From the IMG/VR virus record IMGVR_UViG_3300015241_000003: DNA of 60,936 nt. The stretch is one strand, 5' to 3'. The notes under the pieces are model-generated. The model was given only the letters and a program-made list of their open reading frames with translations, searched no databases and had not been told where the DNA came from. This stretch comes from a virus. The position numbers were made by a program, and so were the translations under genes. Shown piece after piece: positions 1 to 9,534 of the stretch (positions are counted from its first letter, which is position 1; every line of letters begins with the position of its first letter).

Positions 1-77
1 AGCAACACAGCAATAGCGCCGCTTGGGATACCGCCAACGCCTGTACATGTCAAGGTGGTCGTGTTGCCATTGTTGAC
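1..77. repeat. terminal overlap identical to 60860-60936 (circular closure / assembly overlap)
   Basis: The first and last 77 nt are identical when compared directly. An ORF reads in frame through the junction. Confidence 0.95.
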
Positions 78-299
78 GGTCGGGTTGGTGGTCAAATGGT
101 ACGGCGTGATGATGCCCAGGTGGTTAAGTCGGCCTGCTGGTGTGATGATGTTGCCGCTTGAATCTGTCTGTATGAGACCCCCATCATTGTTAATTCCCGA
201 AGATTTGAGGCTATTCAAGCTTGCCATAACATCAGGCGCATTTATGAGAGTTCCGTTGGTCAATGCGGTAATCGTCGCTCCAAAGATACCAGATGGCAT
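1..299 (-). CDS. small tail fibre-like protein, N-terminal part (gene spans the circular junction)
   Basis: ATG at 299 (MPSGIFGATITALTNG..) runs off the window start. Through the 77-bp overlap it continues in frame into 60634-60912 (..TLTCTGVGGIPSGAIAVLL..), giving a 174-aa product. It lies directly downstream of the tail genes. Confidence 0.6.
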   Translation of the reverse strand, partial: MPSGIFGATITALTNGTLINAPDVMASLNSLKSSGINNDGGLIQTDSSGNIITPAGRLNHLGIITPYHLTTNPTVNNGNTTTLTCTGVGGIPSGAIAVL

Positions 300-310
300 T
301 TTATATCTCC

Positions 311-2209
311 TTACACTAAAGTCGCGTCTTGCATGCGGAGCTCTATATCGAACAGGGCACGGGATAGAGAAGGGGCTCTTGCACCTAATTCCAGCGTTAC
401 GCTATAATAGTCATATTGCACGGAAACTATGGTCACCACCTGATTAAAAATGCTCCCTAGGCTTGCTGACCAGATAGCTTGTCCCCAGATGGATACTCCC
501 CAGATAGCTTGTGTTGTCGGCGCTCCCCATTTGTCAGTTCCCCAAACGCCTGTTCCCCATTTTGCTCCCGTACCAACGATGGATGACGCAGGTGCTCTGG
601 CATCGACAATCTTGAGTGTCTGGCCCACTTTGAAAGTCTCGATATCGTAGCCTCTACCTGTTTGAGGCGAGCCCCGGTAGTCAGGCACCTTGATCTTGGC
701 CCGGACTGTTTCGCGGTCTAGGATAGAGAGGATGCCAGCCGCCATAAGGTCGCATGTATGCTGGTCAGTGATCCGGTTATCGCTCTTGTAGTAGACGCGA
801 GGCCCTAGCTGGCTAGGATCAGCGGATGCACCCGTCGCAGTCGATTTAATGCTTCCTGCACCTTCTACCACGATGACATTCTTGCGAGGCACATTCGACA
901 TGCTATATTCGATAGATGATAGGTGTTGTCCGAGCAAAAGCGTATGAGTAGGATCTGAGGGAACGGCACCTAACAAGACGGTCTTGTCCTGGTTCATGCG
1001 CAAGAAATACGTAGCAGTAGATAGGGCTAATAAGACATTAGACACTGAAATAAGCTTTTGATTTTGGAAGGGAAACGCTATCATCTGCCCAGTGGATACC
1101 AAGCTAGCCGGGTCCATTGTGTACGGGTCACCATAGGGCCTGCTGGTGACTGGATCAAGCACAGATACCGTTGCTCCTGTGCTATCTACGTAGCTCCCAG
1201 TGAATAATGATCTGAGGATTGCGCCCGTATCGACATAAGTTGAGCTGCTACCAGCCGTGCCAAAGGTTACGGCTGTTGTGCCTATGCCGTGATCACCTAG
1301 GACCTGGCTGAATGGTGTAACAGTGACACCGACTGATTCGGCCTCGCTCTCATCAAGCGTGGGGTTGATTTCATCGATCTTGCCCTGGAATTTCAAGAGT
1401 CCTGTTGAGGGTAGCCCTGCTCCATAGAGCCACCACTGGACAACGTTCCCTGAAACGATTGTGTTCAGACTTCCAGGCTGGCCAGCACCATCAAAAGCAT
1501 CGATTCTCCGAGGCAGCGTGATCGTTACCGTGTCCGCCGCTGCATTGATGTTTTCTTTGCAGGAAAGGAGAGGAGCATCGCGTATCACATCAATAAAGTT
1601 TCCAGACGGGTCATAGACTTTTACGACTTGGAACTTATATATACGAGCATTTTGACTAGAACTTGAAGAACCGATGCCTATATTGTATTTCAGTATAGGT
1701 AGATAATTCGGGAACTTATAATTATAGACTGCAACCTCATCAAGATACCCACCGACCATCAAACTACCAGCAAAATCCAGGATAGAGTCGATGAGCACCG
1801 ACGCGCCGCTACCACTGAATGCTATATTCCCGTCTAAAAAGAGATTAGTGCTCGTTGCATCGACAGCCACAACAACATAATGCGTGCCAGAGCCAAGATT
1901 GATCCAGAATTCTAGTGTGAGTGCTGTCCATGTGGGTATATTGAGCGCAGGAGGGAAGGTGAGCCCGCCACTTGCTGTAAAGAGCATGCAGGTATCAGTA
2001 TCGCCCGCGAGCAAGCTGGGTTGTCCTAGCGTAGCACCGCTGACCGTGGCATTGTAGCCATTGCCAGACGAATCATACGCTATCGTGCCACCTGGCTCAT
2101 CTAGACGGTAGTAGGCCCGTGGGTTTGTGGCTACGGTCACCGATGAGTAGTACGAAAGCGGGGGGTATACACCTACTCCGTATGGCCCTACTCCGTATGG
2201 TCCTGGCAT
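311..2209 (-). CDS. tail tip/baseplate protein with N-terminal LamG (concanavalin-like lectin) domain
   Basis: 632 aa. The N-terminal YYRLDEPGGTIAYDSSGNGYNATVSG pattern is typical of Laminin_G_3 domains. The gene is last in the Dit/tailspike block. Confidence 0.6.
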   Translation of the reverse strand: MPGPYGVGPYGVGVYPPLSYYSSVTVATNPRAYYRLDEPGGTIAYDSSGNGYNATVSGATLGQPSLLAGDTDTCMLFTASGGLTFPPALNIPTWTALTLEFWINLGSGTHYVVVAVDATSTNLFLDGNIAFSGSGASVLIDSILDFAGSLMVGGYLDEVAVYNYKFPNYLPILKYNIGIGSSSSSQNARIYKFQVVKVYDPSGNFIDVIRDAPLLSCKENINAAADTVTITLPRRIDAFDGAGQPGSLNTIVSGNVVQWWLYGAGLPSTGLLKFQGKIDEINPTLDESEAESVGVTVTPFSQVLGDHGIGTTAVTFGTAGSSSTYVDTGAILRSLFTGSYVDSTGATVSVLDPVTSRPYGDPYTMDPASLVSTGQMIAFPFQNQKLISVSNVLLALSTATYFLRMNQDKTVLLGAVPSDPTHTLLLGQHLSSIEYSMSNVPRKNVIVVEGAGSIKSTATGASADPSQLGPRVYYKSDNRITDQHTCDLMAAGILSILDRETVRAKIKVPDYRGSPQTGRGYDIETFKVGQTLKIVDARAPASSIVGTGAKWGTGVWGTDKWGAPTTQAIWGVSIWGQAIWSASLGSIFNQVVTIVSVQYDYYSVTLELGARAPSLSRALFDIELRMQDATLV

Positions 2210-2218
2210 TGTTCTCCT

Positions 2219-3742
2219 CTATATAAAGACATGGTAGTTAAAGCCATACACTGTGTTCGCTTGGCTTGCAGCGGGCGCATTCACACACGAAACAGTAAAA
2301 GTTGTCGTTGTGCTCGTCACGTAAAAGTTGAGAGCCGCACTTGCTGAGTTAGTAGGCGTGATGACCACCTTGGGCGCGTTGACATACGCCGTGTTGAACG
2401 TGGCAACGACTTGAGCCCCTGCTGCCGGGCCTGTTCCTGTACCGAAGGTGATCTGACCAGCCAGATCAGAGCATCTCGTCTTCACAGGTGCAGGTGGTGA
2501 TGTCCCTGCATTAGCCCCGGCAGCCGCTGAGGGACCAACTGGACTGACAGAACCAATATGGCCCAATACTGTGAAATCCCCGCCTACAACATCGACATCT
2601 CCACTATAGGTTATCTCCGTAACAACACCTTTTGCGTCATTATCATGATAATATGCTTTCCACAGGGAAGAATTATTTGTTTGGAGTAGATACCCGATTG
2701 ACCCGCTTTGACTGCCTCCGATGACGGTATTGCTATTAATAATTGCAACCGCATTTCCTGAGCCTTGTCCGTTGATATTGATGCCATAATACGGACCTGT
2801 AGCAGCGCCTCCCTCAAAGCCGATATGATTGCCTATGCAACTCGATCCTCTTCCATCAAGAATATTCATCAGAATGCCAGCGATAGAAGTGGACGATCCT
2901 GAGCCGAAGCCATCAATGTAGTTGCCGATGACACGCGTCGCGTAACACTGATCGACCTTCATCGCTTCCTTGACTGTGCCGTAGATATGATTGCCTTGGA
3001 TTAGCCATCCAGGCCCCATCTCGAAATTGATACCTCTTGCACCAGCACCAGCAACAATACAATCCTCAAGAAATCCATCCGTACAACTATTGAGAGGAGA
3101 GCCGCTATCCTGGATATAAATGCCATGCCCACCACACGTGCGCACCTGTAGCCTTTTGATCTTTGCCTCTACACATGTATTCGAGATATGCGTTCCATTG
3201 CGTGACTGAGCTGTAGAAAGGAATCCCGCCCCTGCAACATTATTAATTGAAATGCGGTCAAAGCTGCTCCAATAGTTCATGGCAGCAAAGCCATGAGCCC
3301 CTGAGCCGCTCGTTGCACTATTGCCGTCAATTTGAATGTCGCTAATCTCGACCGGATTGCCGCTCGTAGCCGCGTTGTTGTACCAAGCCGCTGAGCACAA
3401 TACAGGCGTCGTGAGTGCCGTCCCTGTCTTCACACGGATGATTGTCCCACCGCTTGCATCACCGGACCCAAGGATCTTGATATTGCCAGGATAGAGGAGA
3501 GAAGCTGAGACAAGAAAAATACCGGGTGGCATGATATAGAGGCCATTAGCAGCGGCATTCAGCGATGCTTGCAAGGCCGCTGTATCATCCGTGATGCCAT
3601 CGCCAGCTGCGCCCCACTTCGAGTCCCTGGGATTGACATAGCTCTTCAGCGTGCCATCGCTATTGTGGGCGACTGCAAGGAAGTCATCGAGAATCGCTCC
3701 CCAATTGTTGATGTCCGCTCCTACTATTGGCAATCGTGACAT
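2219..3742 (-). CDS. tailspike/depolymerase, right-handed beta-helix (pectate-lyase superfamily)
   Basis: Start placed at ATG 3742 (AAGGAG RBS, just after the upstream stop at 3753). It has an MSRLPIVGADINNWGAILDDFL fibre N-terminal motif. GDGITDDTAALQ and repetitive G/N/I-rich coils follow. Confidence 0.7.
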   Translation of the reverse strand: MSRLPIVGADINNWGAILDDFLAVAHNSDGTLKSYVNPRDSKWGAAGDGITDDTAALQASLNAAANGLYIMPPGIFLVSASLLYPGNIKILGSGDASGGTIIRVKTGTALTTPVLCSAAWYNNAATSGNPVEISDIQIDGNSATSGSGAHGFAAMNYWSSFDRISINNVAGAGFLSTAQSRNGTHISNTCVEAKIKRLQVRTCGGHGIYIQDSGSPLNSCTDGFLEDCIVAGAGARGINFEMGPGWLIQGNHIYGTVKEAMKVDQCYATRVIGNYIDGFGSGSSTSIAGILMNILDGRGSSCIGNHIGFEGGAATGPYYGININGQGSGNAVAIINSNTVIGGSQSGSIGYLLQTNNSSLWKAYYHDNDAKGVVTEITYSGDVDVVGGDFTVLGHIGSVSPVGPSAAAGANAGTSPPAPVKTRCSDLAGQITFGTGTGPAAGAQVVATFNTAYVNAPKVVITPTNSASAALNFYVTSTTTTFTVSCVNAPAASQANTVYGFNYHVFI

Positions 3743-3752
3743 ATCATGCTCC

Positions 3753-5402
3753 TTAAGCCGCTCTATACCATAAGCTGTTAGATGAATTCCATTTAAACAA
3801 ACGCCCGCCATTTGCTGGTATTGCTGGATCTGTTGCGCTACCTGCAATATTACTTGTAGCTGGCGTCGTGTTAAATGTTATTGTAAATGCACTTTGGTTT
3901 GTTACAAAGACTGTTTGTCCTGGTATCGTTCCTGCTTGCAAAATAATTCCCGTCACATTCCCTGTTGGCGCTACCCGTGCCTCTCCTATATTCGCCGTGA
4001 TGATTGTGCCAGCATTGGCTATAGCCGCTGCTGAAGCACTTTGTCCGTCAGCAATGTTGCCGCTTATTGCAATATCCCCCGTTGCAGTTTTAAGAGAATA
4101 TGTTTGTGTTGATCCATTATCAGAATATCCATTAAATACATATCCGTTTGCTAAGACGAAAATCCCATCAAACGTGTCAAGTGTGACCATGGTCAATCCA
4201 TTGATATCAAGCGTGTTGAGCATATCCTGGCTGATTAATCGTCCGGCTTGAAAGATACCGCCCTTACCGTCGCTGCCATCAGGGGTAAGGCCGCTTACAA
4301 CGAGCCATATGGCGGTATTGCTTGATGCAAATCCTCCATTGCTTGCAATAGCAGAGCCACTTGATTGAGATACACGCCCGATTATCATGTTATGTCCGAT
4401 ATTGACCTCGTTAATGGCTCCTGTTCTACACTCTGTGAAGGTTGTTTCGATCATGCTAACATCACATGTGATAGCAGTAGTGACACCTGCTGATTGATTA
4501 ATCTGTCCACTGAATGGCGCATTCCCTGCATTTTGACCAAGCTGAACGCCAACCACATTCCCGGCAGGATTTGCATAAATACTTCCACCAATCCAAGAAA
4601 GCTTACTTGCAATCCATGCGACTTGACAGGTATCAGACCCACTTCCTTCGCAATTCGAGAAAGTACAGCTATCCGCCTCAATAAGCCATGAGACGGCACT
4701 GACACCAGTTGATGGAGTATAGGCACGGCAATTAGAGAATTTTAACGAACGTGCATTGGGAGCAATATGCACATTATGTGATCCATTTGCATAAGATATA
4801 ACATTTGACCATTGCGTATCATGAGGACCGCCTATTTGGATACCGACGCCGCTATTATCATGTACTTTGACATTAGCCCATTGTACCTCTGCCTGATCTT
4901 GTCCTGGCGTGGTGTTTCCCCCATTCCAGTCTGAGAGGATGCCGCCCGTGCGACCGTTACGAACGCGGACATTTTGGAGAATGTAGCCATAGCCGTAGAT
5001 ACGCAGACCCCAGCACGTTCCACTGGATTGATTGGCCTTGTTCCCATCGAGCGTCAAATTCTGGATTGACCAGTTCGCTATGCCGCCTGCACTTCCTGAT
5101 CCAAACGAGGCAGAGAGATTAATTGATCCCGTGCTAGCACTCAGTAGATCGGCATTCGTGCTATTTTTAAGCTTGATAATCGTAGCTTCAATACCAGCTC
5201 CGAGTAGATGCACATTGCTATAGAGTGTCTGGTTGCCTGTAATAAGCGTGCCAGCAGGGACAAATACCGTACCACCGCCTGCACTATTTGCAGCACTCAT
5301 AGCCGCTGCAAGACCCGCTGTGTCGTCAGTAACGCCATCAATTACACAACCGTATTGCTTGACATTATAGTAGATTGGCGGCACAAGCGCAAGAAACGTC
5401 AT
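3753..5402 (-). CDS. tailspike/depolymerase, right-handed beta-helix (pectate-lyase superfamily)
   Basis: ATG 5402 overlaps the Dit stop by 1 nt. YNVKQYGCVIDGVTDDTAGLAAAM..GGGTVFVPAGT is the Pectate_lyase_3-type N-terminal signature. Confidence 0.7.
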   Translation of the reverse strand: MTFLALVPPIYYNVKQYGCVIDGVTDDTAGLAAAMSAANSAGGGTVFVPAGTLITGNQTLYSNVHLLGAGIEATIIKLKNSTNADLLSASTGSINLSASFGSGSAGGIANWSIQNLTLDGNKANQSSGTCWGLRIYGYGYILQNVRVRNGRTGGILSDWNGGNTTPGQDQAEVQWANVKVHDNSGVGIQIGGPHDTQWSNVISYANGSHNVHIAPNARSLKFSNCRAYTPSTGVSAVSWLIEADSCTFSNCEGSGSDTCQVAWIASKLSWIGGSIYANPAGNVVGVQLGQNAGNAPFSGQINQSAGVTTAITCDVSMIETTFTECRTGAINEVNIGHNMIIGRVSQSSGSAIASNGGFASSNTAIWLVVSGLTPDGSDGKGGIFQAGRLISQDMLNTLDINGLTMVTLDTFDGIFVLANGYVFNGYSDNGSTQTYSLKTATGDIAISGNIADGQSASAAAIANAGTIITANIGEARVAPTGNVTGIILQAGTIPGQTVFVTNQSAFTITFNTTPATSNIAGSATDPAIPANGGRLFKWNSSNSLWYRAA

Positions 5403-6235
5403 TAGAGATACCTCGCAGACCATGAGAAAATTGCTTCAGCACTAACAGCAGATGGACTTGTGATAGCAATGTTGAATATCGTGGTATCAGGCTCAATTAC
5501 AGGAAAAACCCCAACAGGATCGCTTTTCTCGCCGCTCCCGTTCGTGATGATTGACATACCTGCTATGGGGTCACATTGGATGTCCACATAATCACCGTTA
5601 ATAGCTGGTAGTGGCACACCAGCCGTTGAGTATGTCGTGAGTGTCTGCGAGTCCTGGACCTGGCTCACTGAGATAGCAGACCACTGGTGTGTGCCTGATG
5701 TTTTGTTCGTGATCCTGATGAGTGGGTAGCTCTCGATTGTGCCACCGCCTACAATGCTGATAGCCGGAAAGTTGTAGACACCAGAAGCTAAGGTCAGAGC
5801 GACCACGCCCGTGTCGTATAAGCTAGAAGAGGCTGCATATGCCATCGTATCATACGAGCGAAACGAGCACTGCACGATACAAGAGGCTATGTTCGCGGCC
5901 CCGGCGAGTGTTGCTACAGCCGAGAGGCAGTCAGTATTAGAAAAGTACCGACCATCTTCGAATATTGTTAGCGCCTGCCCTCTAAGCCTCAAAGCCTTCT
6001 TGAGAGCGTCTAGTCGTGCATTCAAGTCATTCCTGTCCGTTGCAACGATCTTGATAGTGAGTGGAATGTCACGCGGCCCTACAAGCTCTCCATTCTTCAC
6101 AGCTCCATAACCACGTGCGATATTTGATGTAATTGGAGTGACGACAGGAGCACTCACATCTTTTGACCGTAGAATACTGCCAACACCACTTGAGAAGGCA
6201 TCCATAGAATATGAGCCGAATAACACATAAGCCAT
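5402..6235 (-). CDS. distal tail protein (Dit-like)
   Basis: A 277-aa ORF immediately after the tape measure, which is the canonical Dit position and size. Confidence 0.6.
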   Translation of the reverse strand: MAYVLFGSYSMDAFSSGVGSILRSKDVSAPVVTPITSNIARGYGAVKNGELVGPRDIPLTIKIVATDRNDLNARLDALKKALRLRGQALTIFEDGRYFSNTDCLSAVATLAGAANIASCIVQCSFRSYDTMAYAASSSLYDTGVVALTLASGVYNFPAISIVGGGTIESYPLIRITNKTSGTHQWSAISVSQVQDSQTLTTYSTAGVPLPAINGDYVDIQCDPIAGMSIITNGSGEKSDPVGVFPVIEPDTTIFNIAITSPSAVSAEAIFSWSARYL

Positions 6236-8833
6236 CTACCAAGCCCCCCTTGCGACACTCTCATATTTTTGCCCTAATACGTCTCCAATCGCTTTTGCAA
6301 GCTTGTCAGCGTTGACATCGCTTCCCTGTACTGAGGCGTTCATGGTGACGTTACCAGTGCCTTTCCCTTGCTGTGCAATCTGAGAAAGCAACCCCACAGC
6401 TTGGGTAAGGAGACCTACGAGCTGGTCACTGCCTTGCGTCTGAGAAGGTGCTGAGCTTGGTGACTGCACAAAAGAAGGTGAGGGCATTGTGATGTTTTGC
6501 ATGAATTGTGCTGTTTTCGCCTCATTCCATACACTGGACCCCTTGGGCAAATTGACCAGCATCTCATTGGCGTGGACGTAAGCTAGACCACCTCCAAAGT
6601 TCTCTATGCCAGAAGCGAAATTTCCTACAGCACCGCCACCACCTCCGGCAGGGGACGGTGTTTTTGTGCCGAGCACACCGCCTGTAGCATCCCTGATAGC
6701 ATTAGATAACGAGTGATACCAGTCGATAGCGGTGGATATCCAATCTATGACATCTGCTAAGCCGTTCACGACATGTGTCATAAAATCAAGAAAACCGTTA
6801 ATAGCAGGCCCAACGACATAATCCAGGACTATTTGCAGCCCCCTAAATGCTCCAGATACAGGCCCTAATACTGAGGCTGCAAGTACTCCCAAGTCACCGA
6901 GCAGGTTGGGCGATATTGAATTCCAGAGATGACCGAGCGCCTGTGTTAGATGATCTGAACTTCCTTTCACGCCGTCCATATGCGGCATAACATCAGTGCT
7001 TAGAATATTGCTTAGAGATTGGAATACAGGAATTATATTAGCCTGTATCCAATTCCACAAAATAATAAGTGGTGGCATCACCTTTGTCTCTATAAAGGTT
7101 TTAAGGTTATCCATTTTTATTCGCACATCTCCCATCTCATCGCCCCACGTCGTGAATATAGGCACTATTTGTGTCTGGATAAATGCCCAAAGCTGCTGTA
7201 ACTTTGGCATGACCTGTGTCTCTATAAATATCTTGAGATCGTTAAACTTGTCTATCACATATATCTTGATATTATTGCCCCATTGCTGCAAAATAGGAAT
7301 GATCTGTGTCTGTATGTAATTCCAGAATCTGATAAGCTTAGGCATCACCTGAGTTTCAATAAACGTTTTTAGAGCATTAAATTTATCTATGACCCATACC
7401 TGTATATTATGCCCCCAAGCCTGCAAAGTAGGCACAACTTGCGTTATGATGTAGTTCCAAAACGTCCTAAGTACAGGAATCACCCTTTGATCTAGGACAT
7501 TGCCGATAAATCCAAGGACATTGCCGATTGCCGCGCCTGCTCCAGAGACGAAATCTTGGAATGCCTTGCTCGATACAGCAGTTGCCAGCCCCTGGAATAG
7601 CCCTTTTACACGATCAACAACAGATCCGGTCTGCACCATGCCGTCTTTTATGCCAAGGAATGAGTCTAGTCCCTCTTTGAGGTAGCCTGACAGCGTTGAC
7701 AAAACACCTGACAAAGAAGCAGACTGCTTAGCCATGCCGCCTTTATAGAGCGGATTCATCTCTATCCCCTTGGTCAAAGCATCGATTGCGACCTTGGCTG
7801 GCAAGGTGCCGTTGCTTGCCATGGCTCGAAGTGCTTCTTTTGTCTTGCCTGTGGCCCTACTCATTGCATCTAGAACATCGATACCATGTGTCTGCATTTG
7901 GCTGATATCACCCCAGGTCATCACGCCTGCCACTTTGATCTTGCCAAGGATATCGACAACAGACTTCATCTCAGCTTCAGAGCCATGTCCTATGCCAAAG
8001 AGCGCATCACCTATGCTGGTCAAATCAGGAATAACATCTTTTGCAGCTATACCCATGCCGATCAACTGAGCTGCATACTGCTGTACAGGCTCAGGCTCGA
8101 ATGGGGTCACGTCTGCAAAGTGATTCAGCTCTTTGATCTCCGCAGCTGCTTGCTTAGCACCACCCATCAGAGTCGTGAAGCTTATTCCTAGTTGCTCAGC
8201 AGAGGCAATAGGGCCAAGCAGGGCACCACCTAGCTGTATAGCGCCCTGGATTAGCCCTTGAACGCCAAGTATAGCCATGCCAGCTTTAGAGGCAAAGTCA
8301 AGAAATCCTCCTCCACTTGATTCAGTCTTTGAGGAGAGTTCACTCATGTGGCTTGTTGTGCTGCTCATCCCTGACGTAAGGCCGCTAAGAGCCCCTTTCG
8401 CCATCTCTATTGCACGTGTGAATATGCTCGTCTTCTCGGAGTCTTCAGTCATTGCAGCAGCGAGGCGCTGGCCTTCTGCCTGTACCTTGTTCATAGCTGT
8501 ACTGAGATTATTTTGAGCTGTCTGGACTTTTTCAGCAGCGAGACCAGCCTTAGCCTGCGCTAGTGCTACCTGCTCAGCAGATGCTTTACCACCAAGCGCG
8601 GCATCCTGAGCTTTCTTGAGAGCGACGGCTGCACTGGCTTGCGCTACTTCAAGTTTCTTGCCAGCTTCAGCAGCCTTTGTCTGAAATGCAGAGAGCTTGT
8701 CAAAGTTCTCGCCAGCTTTTGTGACTTGACCAATCTGGTTTTTGACAGCGTTGAGGCTATTCTCGAAAGCCTTGAGTGTGGCTTGAGAATTGCCAGGGGT
8801 GATATCTAGTTTCCAGATCGTGTCGTCTACCAT
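6236..8833 (-). CDS. tail tape measure protein
   Basis: 865 aa with an Ala/Lys/Gln-rich coiled-coil N-terminus. The TP901-type core reads FADVTPFEPEPVQQYAAQLIGMGI..GDISQMQTHGIDVLDAM. It also has internal W/F-periodic repeats and follows the chaperones. Confidence 0.9.
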   Translation of the reverse strand: MVDDTIWKLDITPGNSQATLKAFENSLNAVKNQIGQVTKAGENFDKLSAFQTKAAEAGKKLEVAQASAAVALKKAQDAALGGKASAEQVALAQAKAGLAAEKVQTAQNNLSTAMNKVQAEGQRLAAAMTEDSEKTSIFTRAIEMAKGALSGLTSGMSSTTSHMSELSSKTESSGGGFLDFASKAGMAILGVQGLIQGAIQLGGALLGPIASAEQLGISFTTLMGGAKQAAAEIKELNHFADVTPFEPEPVQQYAAQLIGMGIAAKDVIPDLTSIGDALFGIGHGSEAEMKSVVDILGKIKVAGVMTWGDISQMQTHGIDVLDAMSRATGKTKEALRAMASNGTLPAKVAIDALTKGIEMNPLYKGGMAKQSASLSGVLSTLSGYLKEGLDSFLGIKDGMVQTGSVVDRVKGLFQGLATAVSSKAFQDFVSGAGAAIGNVLGFIGNVLDQRVIPVLRTFWNYIITQVVPTLQAWGHNIQVWVIDKFNALKTFIETQVMPKLIRFWNYIQTQIIPILQQWGNNIKIYVIDKFNDLKIFIETQVMPKLQQLWAFIQTQIVPIFTTWGDEMGDVRIKMDNLKTFIETKVMPPLIILWNWIQANIIPVFQSLSNILSTDVMPHMDGVKGSSDHLTQALGHLWNSISPNLLGDLGVLAASVLGPVSGAFRGLQIVLDYVVGPAINGFLDFMTHVVNGLADVIDWISTAIDWYHSLSNAIRDATGGVLGTKTPSPAGGGGGAVGNFASGIENFGGGLAYVHANEMLVNLPKGSSVWNEAKTAQFMQNITMPSPSFVQSPSSAPSQTQGSDQLVGLLTQAVGLLSQIAQQGKGTGNVTMNASVQGSDVNADKLAKAIGDVLGQKYESVARGAW
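7013..7483 (-). repeat. in-frame tandem repeat (about 45 aa / 135 nt, about 3.4 copies) inside the tape measure gene
   Basis: Successive protein units are FWNYIITQVVPTLQAWGHNIQVWVIDKFNALKTFIETQVMPKLIR, FWNYIQTQIIPILQQWGNNIKIYVIDKFNDLKIFIETQVMPKLQQ and LWAFIQTQIVPIF... Confidence 0.85.
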
Positions 8834-8841
8834 GTTACCTC

Positions 8842-9072
8842 TTATGCTATGGAATGATCCTCATCTATCCAAACAACTTTGGCGTTATCGTTATAGCAAT
8901 GAATCGCCTGGACACTCAAAATATCTGGATATTGTCTCGTTGTTTTCGTTCCAAGCCAGTAGAGACCGGCTTGACCGCCTTCTTCCCACTCAACACCATG
9001 CGCTATGACTCCTGTACCTGATATACCTGTTATATCTGTATCACGATCTAGAATAAATCTTCTCATATTCAT
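8842..9072 (-). CDS. hypothetical protein (between chaperones and tape measure)
   Basis: 76-aa ORF, co-oriented and tightly packed with its neighbours. Confidence 0.5.
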   Translation of the reverse strand: MNMRRFILDRDTDITGISGTGVIAHGVEWEEGGQAGLYWLGTKTTRQYPDILSVQAIHCYNDNAKVVWIDEDHSIA

Positions 9073-9075
9073 CTC

Positions 9076-9534
9076 CTAAATCAGTTGAATGGTCTCACCT
9101 GTGTACTGCTCCGGTTGTGGGAACTGGTTAAGTACTGCCTGTACTTCACCTTGGTTCTGCTTTTTCTGACTTTCTGTCCCTCCCTCAGCTCTTGCCTTCT
9201 CTTGCAAGATATAGTCGAGCTCACGAACATACCCAAAGAAGCGTCTATAATCTATGCGAGCAAAATCTGCATCAGTAATTGCGCCTCTGTAGTGGTATAA
9301 GACTCGCGCGTACAACTTCATCGGGTCATAAGGCTGTACTTGAGCCTTTGCTCCCTGGCTACCATTAAGCTTTGCTTGTGCGGCCTGTGCTTGTGCTCTA
9401 AGCAGATTTGCAGCGTCTAGATCGCCCTCCTCTTCGCATTCGTGAGCTTGGGCGAGTGCTTTCTTGATCTCTTGCGGTCCCCAATCGCAATTTGGATCTA
9501 CAGGAACAGAATCGACTATGACAGGAGAGCTCAT
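9076..9534 (-). CDS. tail assembly chaperone, frameshift-extension ORF (gpT-like)
   Basis: It lies in the -1 frame relative to 9531-10028. That frame is open from the T8 slippery run at 9597-9604 into this ORF. Confidence 0.7.
   Translation of the reverse strand: MSSPVIVDSVPVDPNCDWGPQEIKKALAQAHECEEEGDLDAANLLRAQAQAAQAKLNGSQGAKAQVQPYDPMKLYARVLYHYRGAITDADFARIDYRRFFGYVRELDYILQEKARAEGGTESQKKQNQGEVQAVLNQFPQPEQYTGETIQLI

Noticed and set aside
1-77. The 77-bp identical ends read as a biological direct terminal repeat.
   Set aside because: The length equals a common assembler k-mer, and a gene reads seamlessly through the junction. The simplest reading is an assembly overlap of a circular or permuted genome. 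The physical termini cannot be inferred from the sequence alone.
55-447. Long antisense ORFs inside clearly coding genes: 55-447(+), 3868-4251(+), 9543-10004(+), 14144-14689(+), 24443-24952(+), 33051-33494(+), 39538-39918(+), 54200-54703(-), 59623-60054(+).
   Set aside because: They are shadow ORFs on the opposite strand of genes with recognisable products. They lack RBSs, have low-complexity Ser/Leu/Cys/Arg-rich translations, and break the otherwise tight operon packing.
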